A stretch of 61,650 bases of DNA, the filler included, from Nemertoderma westbladi (taxonomy: Eukaryota; Animalia; Xenacoelomorpha), in NCBI GenBank assembly GCA_032718475.1. It is 2 parts of 2 records of this genome, joined end to end, with 100 filler letters (N's around TTAATTAATTAA, not from the genome) between each part and the next. Parts side by side here need not be neighbours in the genome. Positions count along the whole stretch, not along the records: positions 29,818 to 61,650 come from JAUCBJ010008873.1; 1 more part is not named here. One strand, written 5' to 3'. Of the stretch, positions 37,250-50,210 are shown in pieces; within the stretch, counting starts at the first letter, position 1, and each line of letters starts with the position of its first letter. A program made the translations under genes and the position numbers. The notes under the pieces are model-generated. The model had not been told where the DNA came from and made no database searches. It worked only from the letters and a program-made list of their open reading frames with translations.

Positions 37250-37800
37250 ATTCAGGCCTAAGTTTTTTGAAAAATTTGTGGTTGATCCATCAAAAGTGTT
37301 ATGCAGAATAAAAGAATCTGCAACTCTATGGGATCTAGAGGAAAGAGTGGTTGCAAGGAGAGAATGTACAGGACGGGAGTTTTATATAGGCATTTGTCAT
37401 CACACCATAGTAAGGAATACCAGGAGACAAAGAAAGTGCAAAGGGAACAACATAAACTTACAACTTGAGAAAAAACGGAAGCACAAAGATATATTATACT
37501 GTTTACCAAAGTCAAATCCTAAACAATCTAAGATGGTCGACTATGATATTAGTAAGTATCCGGCTGGATCGGAAAAGCAACACGAGTGAGCTGGGTTATT
37601 AATTGAATGGTTTGTTGATGGTCTTCTGCCATACAGTACTGTTGCTAATGAATGGTTTGTAGATTAGGCTAAATTCCTTAATCCTAAGTATACTGCGCCC
37701 TCCAATAAGTTTGTATGAACTGATCTAATCCCCGATATATATACAAGAGAGTTGCATCCGAAATGAAAGCTATTCTGCTTAAAGGAACTTCTAAATATAT
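37250..37800 (+). pseudogene. Decayed ZBED/hAT transposase N-terminal fragment
   Basis: LLIEWFVDGLLPYSTVANEWF...FLNPKYTAPS motif with stops. Confidence 0.5.
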
Positions 37801-38278
37801 TTTACTCAGCAACTATGGATTAGAGTGGTTAAAAAAATTTTTTTTCGAATTTCAACTTGTCTCATGTTCAAATCGTTATCTAAGTATTCAAAACCATGTT
37901 TAGTAAAAAAAAAATTACATTACGATATCAATAATCTACTGCAGGATACAACCTTTGGTGAATTATATCTGGGAGCTAGTTTTTTATTTGTTTTAGAAAA
38001 AATTTGGGATGCAGAACATAAAAATGTCATTGGTTTTGGTAGAGGGCTACTATTTCAAAATTTAAATTCTTCCCTCATAGGCACAGAGAGCACCTGGATA
38101 GTGGATATACATCATTTACTGTATTTCTCCTGGTTAGAAGATAACTATAGCAATTTGGACATGCAATGAGTTGACACTGCCAATAGGCCTATAGGCTATA
38201 TAATTAACAGACAACTTATATACATAACTGTCTTAGAGTACATCATAGGCCTATTTAATCCCTGTCTGTATAAATAAC

Positions 38279-38328
38279 TACTACTAGGATCGGCATGCTG
38301 CATTGCAGCTGCATTTTTAAGAATGCTG
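38279..38328 (-). mobile_element. 50-bp tail-only RTE-like LINE insertion
   Basis: 12-bp TSD TGTATAAATAAC (38267-38278 / 38329-38340); matches the LINE end at 50214. Confidence 0.85.
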
Positions 38329-38464
38329 TGTATAAATAACAACTACAATCAGTAATAACATATACTGAACTGATATACTTTGAACAATTTATAATATCAT
38401 AAATACATTAACTAACATTGTCTATTATGGCTGCTGGCTTTGAAATTAATACTCCATATCTCAA

Positions 38465-38570
38465 GAACCTGTGGCCTAGTGGTTGTAGTCTCGGCTTCCA
38501 CCTCGAGGTCCCAGGTTCGAATCCGACACCACGCTGATGAGACCCAGTAAGGTCGAAACGCGTACGTGGT
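38465..38570 (+). ncRNA. tRNA-like Pol III promoter fused to an intact minimal type I hammerhead ribozyme
   Basis: A box 38472-38482, B box GGTTCGAATCC 38514-38524. HHR reads ACCACG-CTGATGA-GACC(CAGTAA)GGTC-GAAA-CGCG-TA-CGTGGT (38528-38570). Confidence 0.88.
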
Positions 38571-40812
38571 TTGGAGAGATATGAGATATTAATTTCAAGA
38601 AAAATTACGCGGTTCCTAAATTTATACACTACCCAGTTAAAAAGTACGCATGTGATGGGATTAGTCCTACAATTGCACCAATAAAAGAAAAGCTATTTTC
38701 AGTAAAATAAACTCATCATATCTTATCAAGATCCCTTCCTATAATATTGTATATTATGGAAGACGAGCCTGGGCATAGTACATCTAACTTTCAGAGGAGA
38801 ACAAGAAGCTCAGCTGGAGATCAGTTTCTTCTTAGAGAACCACTTCCATTTTTCCCGCAAACAAACGAAGATTGAGCATGTTGGTTTCAGCACGATGGTG
38901 TGTGAGTGGGTCAAGTAGTTCCATCATTATCAGAAGAGATCCTACACTTGTGGCAGAAGAGAGAAATATATACCATAAATCTGAGAAGCATCAAAACTAA
39001 GGTCATTCGCCTTTATGATAAATAGAAAAGTAATAAAATAATAATATTAATATAATAAATATAATAAGAAAGTTGATTGATTGTTGTTTGAAGGGAAGGG
39101 CAAACACAAATCAGATGTAAAAGAAGCATTTAAGAAGGAGTTGGATTCACTCTTTGAAATATCTGCCAATATCCATTGAATTGGATAAACAAGCAAGGAT
39201 GGGTAATTGTGCAGCTGCTGAAGACCTTAAGTATTTGATTGATCAATGTTCTCAATTGGAGGTCTAGATAAAGTCACTGCTTCGAAGGAAAAAAAACTAC
39301 TAAGGCCAGAGATATGTGAAGGAAGAACTGAAAATCAAGAAGAGTTTTATGAGCTGATTCGTCTTTGTTATTCCCCTGATTTCCAAATGCTGGTAGAAAC
39401 TCCGACCAATGCCAGGAACATTGATAAGTTTGGTTTCGTAAATCTTAGACATACCTATATGTTTAATTTAAGTTTAATTAGGTAATCCGATTCCCATTGC
39501 ACATATGATACACTAAATGATAATTCATATGATAATGATACATTTATACCGTAGGTTGTGACAATACAATGAGCAATAGCGAGGCTAGCCATGCCATGCC
39601 CCCCACGACCCAATATTTTATTATTATTGCACCAGAAATATAATAGGTATATGTGTGCAGATAAAATATTATCTCCAATACGATTCTGAGTATATGGAGT
39701 TCACATGTATATATGGTATTTAGATAATGTAGTACTCGATATATAACCAAAGGCAATAGTACTGAATGCGGGTTAAAAAGGGACATATTCTACGCAATTG
39801 TACTGTGTCAAATAAAATACTACATAAGAATATAAAAAAAAACACTTTCCAAATATAGAAAATTCAAGGTCTACATTATGGTTAGAAAGGTTTATTTATT
39901 ATGTTAAAGTTGTTATAACTAATTGTGTTTCGTTTCTTGTATTTGAACATTCAGTGTTATTTATGGTGTTTTGAGTCTGTGTTGGTTGTTAAAAGTGCGC
40001 ATAAATACGCACAATAAAAAGTATAGAAGTTGTATGAAAGCAAGTAGTGCCAGGCTTCCTTCTGTTAATGTGTTGCGGGGCCATGTGTGTCCCAAGGGGG
40101 TTCTGCCGCTGATGTTAGAGTCTCCATCATAATGTATCTGGCCTAGTGTTGTCTGGAATCCACATAAGCAGGGTGTGGGCAGTAACGCCCATCTTTGAGA
40201 TGTGTTGAGGTCAGTTGGGTGAGGTTAGAGTCTCGATGACATTGAATCTTGCATAGGGCTGCTGGAAGTCCTGATAGGAATGGTGTGGGAAGTAGTAGTG
40301 CCTGTCATTCCCTGCCTGTCATTCCCTGCCTGTCAACCCTTTAATGCTGGTAGGGTGGGTGGGTTGTATTTGGGGTTTCTGGTTTGGGATGGGCTAGGAG
40401 TTCATCTTTACAACGCTGCTGTATGTCAGGGTAGGTCTCATAACTGGGATGTTTGGAATCATTCGCTTCCCTGGTTGCTGTTTACAGTCGGATAGGTGCC
40501 CATCACCTTGGAATCGAAAGAGGTAAAACTTAATTGACCTCACGAGGCTCGTGATCACCCTTTCTGTGATATGTTTATTGTCGTAGAGATTGGACGCGGT
40601 GAACGATGGTTCGCGAATGTTCTTTTTTATGCTTAGCTCTTCCAATCCTCTATTAACGCTGAAAACATCCTTATCATGACAGACTAGGATGCTGGATAAA
40701 TCTATATTAATAATAATAAATGAATTGTTGTGGGGTGAGTGATGGTGAATTTAAATATATATTGTAATAAATAGGACAATATGATAATGCTCTCCATAGC
40801 GAAAAATATCAA

Positions 40813-40902
40813 CCGACCCTATTGGGGCTCGAACCCGGTACCTAGGTTTCAAACTTCCAGTTATCATCAGCCAGCCATGTGTGTACTGAGCTTCCAGATC
40901 GG
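40813..40902 (-). ncRNA. tRNA-like element with a type I hammerhead motif between the A and B boxes
   Basis: CCGATCT/GGGTCGG acceptor-like stem, AGCTCAGT, then GGCTGG-CTGATGA-TAAC(TGGAA)GTTT-GAAA-CCTAGG-TA-CCGG, then GTTCGAGCCC. Confidence 0.65.
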
Positions 40903-40984
40903 ATAAAGATTTCGCTATAGAGTGGGATATCATATTTAGGCCAACTAATCATTGACTTTGGAAATCATTAACATTAACATTTAA

Positions 40985-43900
40985 TTTAATAATTTCTAGT
41001 CCCAAATTTTATGCTTATCAACATATCCAAAATCAGCAAAAATCGTGATGTTGGAACTTGGTTAAATAGACCATTTCACCATGGCAACAGAAAGTCATAC
41101 ATAAATCACAGAATTCTAACCTTGACCTACCCCACCCACATCACTATCGGAGAATCCGATGGGGGACTATTTGAAACCCGGTTACCATGACAACTAGAGA
41201 ATTACAGAGAATTACAGAATTACATTAATTGTACAGTAAATTTATGAAATTTTGGAAATGTATCCGTATTGCGTGTTCTCATTGTTGCAAAATTAGGAAA
41301 CTCTGTAATTATATTGTCTTTAAGCATAATTGTTTTTTTCTAGATTCGGTGTTGAGTTGAAGTGGAATAGTAGTTGGCCTGTAACCTAGGTAATAAGAAA
41401 ATAATATCACCTATAATGTTTCTTCAGTTTAAATATGGTTACAATCATTTTAAAAAGAAACCAATTCAGGATCAAGTACCTCACATGTTGCTATGTTCAG
41501 ACCATAATTTGCCAGCCAATCATGTCATTTCTTGTTGCCATGGCAATCAAAAATATTATTTAATATGTGAAAATTCCATCAGAATCATTTCATATGTTCT
41601 TCAGATGCATATCAATATGTTACATAGTCAACATTCATGATCACAAGCGAAGTCATTATTCTGCTGTTACCATAGCAATGGGCATATTTTAGTATTTATG
41701 TAGTTATAGTAATCTATTTGGCATTTTATTGACATTGGAAGTTAATCATATTAAAGATTATTGAAAAAAAATGTGTGGAGTCTGCTACAGTTATTTTATT
41801 TAATATTATATATATATCTATATTATTTATTTTATTTAAGTCTTGAATTTTGACCATAGCAACGGGAGTTTTGATCCTAATTCGGGAGTGACTTGTTAAT
41901 AATACTCAAAATTCGGTTTAATGTACATTTCAGTATTTTGTAGCATGAGATGCTGTAGAAAATTACAAAATTATATTCGAATGACCTTAATGTAATTAGC
42001 AATGAAACTTTTCCTCAGCAACCGGGGTCTTTTTTTACCAACATCGCGTTTTGTAGTGATAACATGTTTTTTATTGAGCTGTGAAGTTTAAATAACAGTA
42101 GTAAGTTCTCCTTGGCAACTTTGAAATGTGTATAGCAACAGCAGGTTACCTTAGCAACGGTTAGTTTCACAAGGTAGCAACGAGTTTTCAAATACTGTAA
42201 TTACCAAGTTTTCTACATCAATGTTGAATCTTACTTTATACATGGTGAGTTTTCCCTAGCAATATATTTACAGAATATTTTAAATATTTTATATGGTATC
42301 AGAAATAATAAATACTGGTATTTTACTGTACCAGTATCTAGCTATATAATAAATTATTACTCTTGGTGTGTTACTCACAGATATTGCTTGTCAGTTAGAT
42401 AGTTTTTGGTTTTTGGTTAGATGGGATACCGATATGGATAGTTATCACAATCGATGTATAATTTGCAATGAGACTCTTACAGCTGAAGATAATGTAGTCA
42501 ATTTAGGAGAAAAGGGTGTGTACTGATACATTTAAATTTTTAATATTTATTAAAAAAGCAACTCCTAAAGGAAATGCAACCACGAAGCTAATTAAATTGA
42601 ATATAATCATTGTTAGTTCGTTGTTCAGCCTTGTTTAAGAGGCATTTGCTTGTGATATACAGAATACTGATTATCAGAAAATTTTATTGTGTAGTTTATG
42701 TACAAATTTTCGATTTTTATATTAAAACGTCTGTTTGAAGTGGTTTTTATGGTAACTATGGGAGGGGGGGGGGGGGGGGAAGTTGAATGAAGTGAATCGG
42801 ATTCATAATAAATGATATAGTGGTGGGTAGGAAATGGTTCCAATTCAAAACAACTTTACATTATGCTTCAAATTAGCATTTACTTTAGCCTGGTTCCTTG
42901 TCAACAGGAATTTCTAATGAACCTCAATCGGGTATGCTATGGCCCCTATAGTTGACGTAAGTTCCCCCAAGTTTGTATCAGTTGTGGATTTGCTACAAAT
43001 AGTAATAGAGTTAGAAATTTGGATTTATTAAAACTGTGAACCATTACAATTTTACTATGTCCGTTACTATATTCATGTCATATCATTACAAAAATTAATT
43101 CAATTTCCAAAGGTTGTGAAGGAATTATCAGAGCAAGCGTAATACGAAAGGAAAATATCTTCCCTGCCAAAGGTCAGACTGTGCATTCAAAATGCAGATA
43201 AAAATATACTAACTCAAAATAATTATTATGTCTAAGTAGAAAAAGATAGTAATCAGGTAATCTTTAATATGATAGTAATCAGCAAGAGGTGATAGTAATC
43301 ATCAAGAAACACACAACAAATAACGTTCTGGTTCCCAACATTATGAATATAAATGTTTGTTTTGCGGATGTGGAGACATTACCAGAGATGGAAAGTTGAG
43401 AGATATAGATAAACATGGATTTACACTCGTTCCTGTAAAAACGCTATCATTCCAACAAACGCTATTAGCAAATTGTGACAAATACAGCAGCGCTTGGTCA
43501 AACAGAGTTAGAGCTTTTCATACACGATATGGGTGATCTTCCTGCCACAGGAGCGGTTTATCACCAGATATGCAGTGTCAATTTTCGTACAGGTAAACAT
43601 ATACCACAAGTATTTAGTATAAATTCCATATATCGGTATCCCATCTAACCAAAAACTATCTAACCGACAAGCAATAGCTGTGAGTAGCACACCAAGAGTA
43701 ATATAATTTATTATATAGCTAGGTACTGGTACAGTGAAATACCCGTATTTATTATTTCTGATACCATATAAAATATTTAAAATATTCTGTAAATAATATT
43801 GCTAAGGAAAACTCGCTATTGATAAGTAAGATTCAACATTGATGTAGAAAACTTGGTAATTACAGTTAATTAAACTTGGTAATTCAGCGTTGCCAAGGAG

Positions 43901-45238
43901 TACTTACTACTGTTATTTAAACTTCACAGCTCAATAAAAAACATGTTATCACAATAAAACGTGATGTTGGTACATGTGCAATCCAAAACTGCTTTACTAC
44001 TTTAAATTGGTGATGGGGTATAGTAATACATTGGTTGCAATTTTCTACAGTATGCTTTTATGTGTGGTGGATCAGCTGTTTTAGAGCAATACATAAATCC
44101 GAATATACCGGTTACTGTTGTCTGTACTGCTGTAGGTAACTGATTCATAACCTTAACTGCCTAAGGCCTAATATGCCGTTAATATTGCTTATATATATAT
44201 ACATACCGTGAGTTTGCATGTTGACCGTTTACTGGTTTTGTTATAAACTGATGCCGACTGTTTGTTATTGTCGATAACGGCTAACTGATAATACTGCTTA
44301 ATTGCAAATGCCTGCTTTGCTGTTATATATATAATATTGTTATTCTTATAGCTGTATATTGCAATATTGCTTTGATTGCCGAACTGACTGACTGAGGAAT
44401 TGCCAATTGCAACCTTCTGACCTTTCTTTACTGCTTTCTTTCTTTCTATAAAATTGAACTGATATTTGCTTGAACAGTACAAAAAGACCCCGGTTGCTAA
44501 GGAAAACCTTCGTTGCTAAGTACATTAAGGTCATTCGAATATAATTTTGTAATTTTCTACAGCATCTCATGCTACAAAGTACTGAAATGTACATTAAACG
44601 GAATTTTGAGTATTTTTAACAAGTCATTCCCGAATTAGGATCAAAACTCCTGTTGCTATGGTCAAAATTCAAGACTTTGTTAAATAAAATAACTGTAGCA
44701 GACTCCACACAATTTTTTTCAATAATCTTTAATATGATTAACTTCCAATGTCAATAAAATGCCAAATACGTTACTGGTTACTACTATAACTACATAAATA
44801 CTAAAATATGCCCGTTGCTATGGAAACAACAGAATAATGACTTCGCTTGTGATCATGAATGTTGACTATGTAACATATTGATATGCATCTGAAGAACATA
44901 TGAATGTTTCTGATGGAATTTTCACATATTAAATAATATTTTTGGTTGCCATGGCAACAAGAAATGACATGATTGGCTGGCAAATTATGGTCTGAACATA
45001 GCAACATGTGAGGTACTTGATCCTGAATTGGTTTCTTTTTAAAATGATAGTAACCATATTTAAACTGGAGAAACATTATAGGTGATATTATATTCTTATT
45101 ACCTAGGTTACAGGCCAACTACTATTCCACTTCAACGCCGAACCTAGAAAAAAAGCTTAAAGACAATATAATTACAGAGTTTCCTAATTTTGCAACAATG
45201 GGAACATGCAATACGGATACGTTTCCAAAATTTCATAA
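40985..45238 (+). mobile_element. Decayed DNA transposon with ~1.1-kb inverted arms, tentatively Academ-like
   Basis: 41243-42365 is inverted at 43695-45238. The centre encodes broken CIICNE..LGEKG, GQTVHSKCR, CLFCG and DLPATGAVYHQICSVNFRTG; the family assignment is from memory. Confidence 0.6.
43975..44476 (+). mobile_element. BEL/Pao-family solo LTR
   Basis: TG...CA, 5-bp TSD GTACA, absent from the left arm. Its 3' part matches 45236-45376. Confidence 0.85.
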
Positions 45239-47286
45239 TATTGTTATTCTTATCTGTACATTGCAATATTGCTTTGATTGCCGAACTGACTGACTGAGGA
45301 ATTGCCAATTGCAACCTTCTGACCTTTCTTTACTGCTTTCTTTCTTTCTATAAAATTGAACTGATATTTGCTTGAAAATTTCTTCAAACCGGATAATGAA
45401 CACAAAGTTGGTAAGTCATCATGCACCCGAAAGCGCGTTTGTTTAATCTATTGGTACCTGTACTTCTGTGATGCCATTAGGAAATCAATTCGCTCCACTT
45501 ACAAATACTGGTATCTATCTACCACTACTAATTGATTTCCAAGTACCGATGGCTATTGTTTGCAGTCAGTCTGATCATCTACACTGGAGTATATAAACCG
45601 CTAAATGTGGATATCCCGATTTGGAAAGTTTCCAAATTTGAATGTGATTTTTTCGGAATTCTGCATATTTGTTATTGATTTTCATTCTTAATCAATTACC
45701 ATCATTTAACTGACTGTTGTTGCTTCTATACTTTTTCTTTTTGCCTTCTACTACCACTTATGTGCAACAATCAGTACCATGGCAGATGGTGAAACTCAAA
45801 ACCGTGGGGGTAAGGGTGACAACATAGATGATGATAATATTGATCAGATAGAGTTTATAAAAGGGAGGCGGAAACAGAACGCCAAAAAGCATCTAAATTA
45901 ATTACTGATTTTGAACATATTTTTAAACGAAATGAATCTGAACTTGATTCAGATGAACTGGCCTATCAGATTGAACTTGGTGAACGCCAGTTAATTTTAT
46001 TAAATTCTTTAAGTTCTGAACTTAGCGAATTAGGTCATTATGAGTCTAAGACGTCAACACATATTGGTGATCTCGACCGCTATTTGTTCAAAATGCACCG
46101 GGTTCTTTCTCGTTTAGACAAGGTAGGCCTTGCCAGTTCACATCATAGTGATGAAACCCAGTCAGCCAGTGGGACTAATAACTCAACTCGTGGTCTTACG
46201 AAAATGTATTTACCGACTTTTAGTGGTGATTATTTTAGTTGGAGACCTTTTTAGGACCAATTTCAAGCGCTTATTCGTTTAAGGCCCGGGTTGAGTGATG
46301 TCCAGAAATTTATTTATTTGCGTAACAGCTTGGAGGGAGAAGCCAAGGATGCCTTGTCTGGTTTTCCAGCAACCTCGGCCAATTATAAAACTGCTATGCC
46401 TGTCTCTGAAAATGCTCTTCCGCAACCAACTTGTCTTTCATGTCAGGGTCATCCCCATTAAGGATTGTCTAAATTTTCTTTCTAAGTCCATTGATGCTAA
46501 AGGGACCTTTATCAGAACAAAACAACTTTGTACCAATTGTTTTGGACCTCATAAGTCTATAGCTTGCCAATCCAAATATAATTGCAATAATTGTGGTGGG
46601 AGGCATAACTCATTACTTTGTTTTAAAAAGTACCGTGATCCAAAGACCCCGACCTCTTCTAGTGATCCTAAAACCCACCAAGCTTCTGGTAATACCAGGC
46701 ACCCTTCCTCACAGGCGTACCTCCAGTATCAAAGGCCAATTATTCAACCAAGCCTTGGGATCAGTCAAAGCCATCTGCTCCTGCTCTAGATACTAGTTGG
46801 ATTCCATCAGGGAATCGATCTGGTGGACCTGCCATGTCAATAATACCAGTGATGCCAACTCACTCCAGCCAAGATAATCAAGTTTTTGTTAAGCTGGCAA
46901 TGGCCTATCTTTATTCACCTTCTTGTGATAGTGGCCAGTGGGTCCATGTTTATTTAGATGATGGGTCCAAGAGAACCTACATCAAATCCGACCTTGCTAA
47001 TAATTACCAGTTACCCATTATAGACACCAGAATAATGTCGACGGGTTCATTTGGAGACCATATTACTACACATGACTCCAATTTAGTGTCATTTCAACTT
47101 TTCAGCCAATTCTTTTCTGAACCAATCCTGGACAGCCAACAAACTCTGTCCTTCCATTAAGCAGGAGTATCTACCAACTATGTTTTCTTCAATCTGCCAT
47201 TTATCTAATTGGGCCGATAATTTTGATGGTGGTCAGCGTGATATATCCCTTATTATTGGTGCTGACCAAATATGGGCTTTGACAGG
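45236..47286 (+). mobile_element. Truncated BEL/Pao LTR retrotransposon (partial 5' LTR, PBS, gag-protease)
   Basis: Degenerate PBS CTTCAAACCGGAT; LPTFSGDYFSWRPF...QKFIYLRNSLEGEA; CTNCFGPH..C..CNNCGGRHNSLLC knuckles; protease LDDGSKRTYI. Confidence 0.88.
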
Positions 47287-47288
47287 TA

Positions 47289-49256
47289 CAGTCCCAATCC
47301 CAATAAACATTAACTTGGTCGTTTTGGTGGCCAAAATCACCAAAAAAATTTAGTGTATTCCTATGGGCTACTTGGTCGTTTTGGCGAAACGATTTAACTC
47401 GAATCAGCTCAATCCAGACAGTCTGTCTCCTTGGCCATCCATTTGGTGGATCTGACTAAATGTCGGCTCGCTTTCATTTTTATTATTGACAGATTGTTAA
47501 CTTACCCGGCTCTGAGCCTTGCAGTACTGGAGTCCGCCCACTGAGGCATTGATAGAGTACACAGTCTTATAAAAGGAGTTGAATGGGGCTTCGTTAAAGG
47601 AGGAGTATGTATAATAATCTGACGACCCGAAATTAATTTATGGACGTCCCGAAATTAACTATACTATATGGATGTCCCGAAATTAACTTATGGACGTCCT
47701 GAAATTAACTTATGGACGGCCTGAAATTAATTTATGGACGTCCCGAAATTAATCTATCAAACAATCAGAATCGTAATGAAATAACTAACTAATGGACGTC
47801 CATAAATTAATTTCGGGATGTTAATTTCGGAAATTAATTTCAATAATATTTTTTTTTATAATAAACATCTTTTTTAATATTTTTTTACAATGTATAATTC
47901 GCGGACACTGCGGGGTGACTACAAAACAACGACCCAATTATAAAGACCTGCATAATCTTGTTACATGTGTTAACTTTCGTTAATTGTTTTGAATCCCCCC
48001 GTCACGCGTGTAACTTGCTCCTTTACTAACCTGCACCTTTAAATAGCAATGGTACATAACGCTCATTGTGACCTGTACAAAACAAAGAGGTAAAGTCGCG
48101 TTACGTCCCAAAGAGCATTAGGTTCCAAAGAGCTTTAGGTCCCATTGCCAGAGAGCGTGAGGTCACATTGCCATTTAAAGGAGCAGGTTAGTAAAGATCA
48201 GGTTACAGAGGCGTGTTGGGGAACCAAAACAATAAACGAAAGTTAACACATGTGTTTTGTATTTGTACAGGTCTTTATTTTTTGGGTCGTTGGTCTTTGT
48301 TTTGTAGTCACCCGACACTGCGGTGTTGCGTGGGGGCCACCAATCCACCCACCCACACTCAACTCCCAACTTCCTGGACACTAGATACTGAGTGAAAGCG
48401 TCTGAAACTACTACAGGAACTCCATGACAGACTATGGGCTAGCGACTAGGGACTGGCGCCCTTGAACATGTAAACTGTAGTACCTACTGTACCACCTACC
48501 TTAAAGTGACCTGTGGGACCAGCCCATTATTAGTGAGGTCGGCATTTCTCTTTATCCTGCCGCTCTCTTTGTATTACAATAGCATACAGCTAACCAATGG
48601 CAATGGTCTACCCCCACTGCAGGAAAGACAAGCTGGCTACCATTGAAATGAATAGGGGAAGGATAATATGGTGTGTTCGTGTTCTCATCCTAATGTCTGT
48701 CGTCTTGGCTCAGCTAAGCTTAAACAGAGCCGACATCCTACAATAGAGCTTTACCTAAGTACACTTCCAGTGAGCCAAGCAGTAGTGGCGGGTTAGCTCC
48801 AAAATGCCCATGTAGGATTTCTTCGAAAAAGGACCAATTGGTTGAGTTAGGAGTTACAGTGAAAAAGTATTCATGATTAGATTTTGCTTTGAACAGGAGA
48901 AACAGATGGAATATATAGGCCATCTAATTAATTGTTTAAAGATTAGCAAACAATACAATGTAATTGAATTGATGAAATCCATAAATAAAACGTGGATACA
49001 AAATGTAAAATCGGGATGCAAAATATAAATGTCCGGGGAAGGAGAGGGATTGGGAGGGAATGTCCGGAAATCGAAGCCTTTTTCTATCTGCCAACATCCT
49101 GGGCTTTACTTACACTCAGCCTCTATTCACTGGCTGTTATTGACAAGCCAACTTGCCTCAGAAGTTCCTTTCATGAATGCCGCAATTTATATTTGGCCAT
49201 TTTGGTCGTTTTGGCCTCCAAAATGACCAAGTTAATGTTTATTGGGATTGGGACTG
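47289..49256. mobile_element. Non-autonomous Tc1/mariner-type element
   Basis: ~56-bp TIR CAGTCCCAATCCCAATAAACATTAACTTGGTC..., TA TSD. Confidence 0.85.
47913..48313. mobile_element. Mutator-like MITE nested in the Tc1 element
   Basis: TIR GGGTGACTACAAAAC with diverged arms over 100 bp, 9-bp TSD GACACTGCG. Confidence 0.82.
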
Positions 49257-50210
49257 TATGCATGTCCTTGTCCTTCTCTACAGTGCTATTGACCATGGTC
49301 GATGCCTCATTGAAATGTTGTCCCCTTTTGAGAGAGAAGCACTCTGACATGATTTGAATCAAACAGGTTTGCTTTCATCCTGGAATAACAGATCAATTAT
49401 TGATTTTTATTTATTTATCTTCCATACCTTGAATAAACTCTGGACCCTCAAACCACAGTCTACAATCTAATAATTCCTGGGGTGTCATTCCCCGTCATGG
49501 TAGATACATGGTTAGCAGGATTTATCAAATATCAAGAGCAGAAAACTAAACAGAAAACTCTGAGCGAGATTAATAATAATGTAATATGTATACAAGGTAT
49601 AAGTTCAGTAGTTGTGATTTGTTTATTCCTTACATGATATTTCATTAAGAAATATACATTTCATGCTATATATAATTCCTTCAACCCAATGCGTACCAAC
49701 ACTTGACAAGGCGGCACACTTCCACCTTTAACATTTTAAATATTTCAGGACCATGTTCATGTTTATTAAGGCAGCAGTGTGCCTCCTTTAGATAATTATA
49801 ACTTAATCCCCAGGGCGGCAGAGTGCCGCCTTTACATATTTTATCGCGACCCTCAGGGCGGCATAACTATTAGTGCGGAAAAGTGGAGTTCATATTCGTG
49901 TTGGGCAGGAAAATCTGGTCTAGAAAAGTTAATTTAATATTCTTAAAGGGATTCCTAGTGGTTTGGCAGTACTTTTAAATTACATAATTTATGAAATCAC
50001 ATGAAATTTATTTTCAATTTAGCCAATAATTATGGTAGACAAACTATTTGGTGTAAAATATTACAACTACTATGCAATTGAGCCTTCACACAGAGAAGAC
50101 GGACGACCTTTCGATGTTGCTTCATCAACTCTTTTAATGTTTTGGTTTCCTTTACTGTTTCCAAACCCCCATAAGGGTTGAGCAAACCTATCTGCATGTT
50201 GCACCACCAT

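Noticed and set aside
38750-39480. Possible decayed transposase fragments
   Set aside because: Only scattered short peptide hints and no diagnostic motif
40394-40645. LINE ORF1 esterase-like fragment (LYDNKH...LVRSIK)
   Set aside because: Resemblance is too short to support a call without a profile search
44390-44420. CTGAGGA as a hammerhead core (also other isolated CTGATGA hits, e.g. 9803, 18790)
   Set aside because: No GAAA with compatible stems
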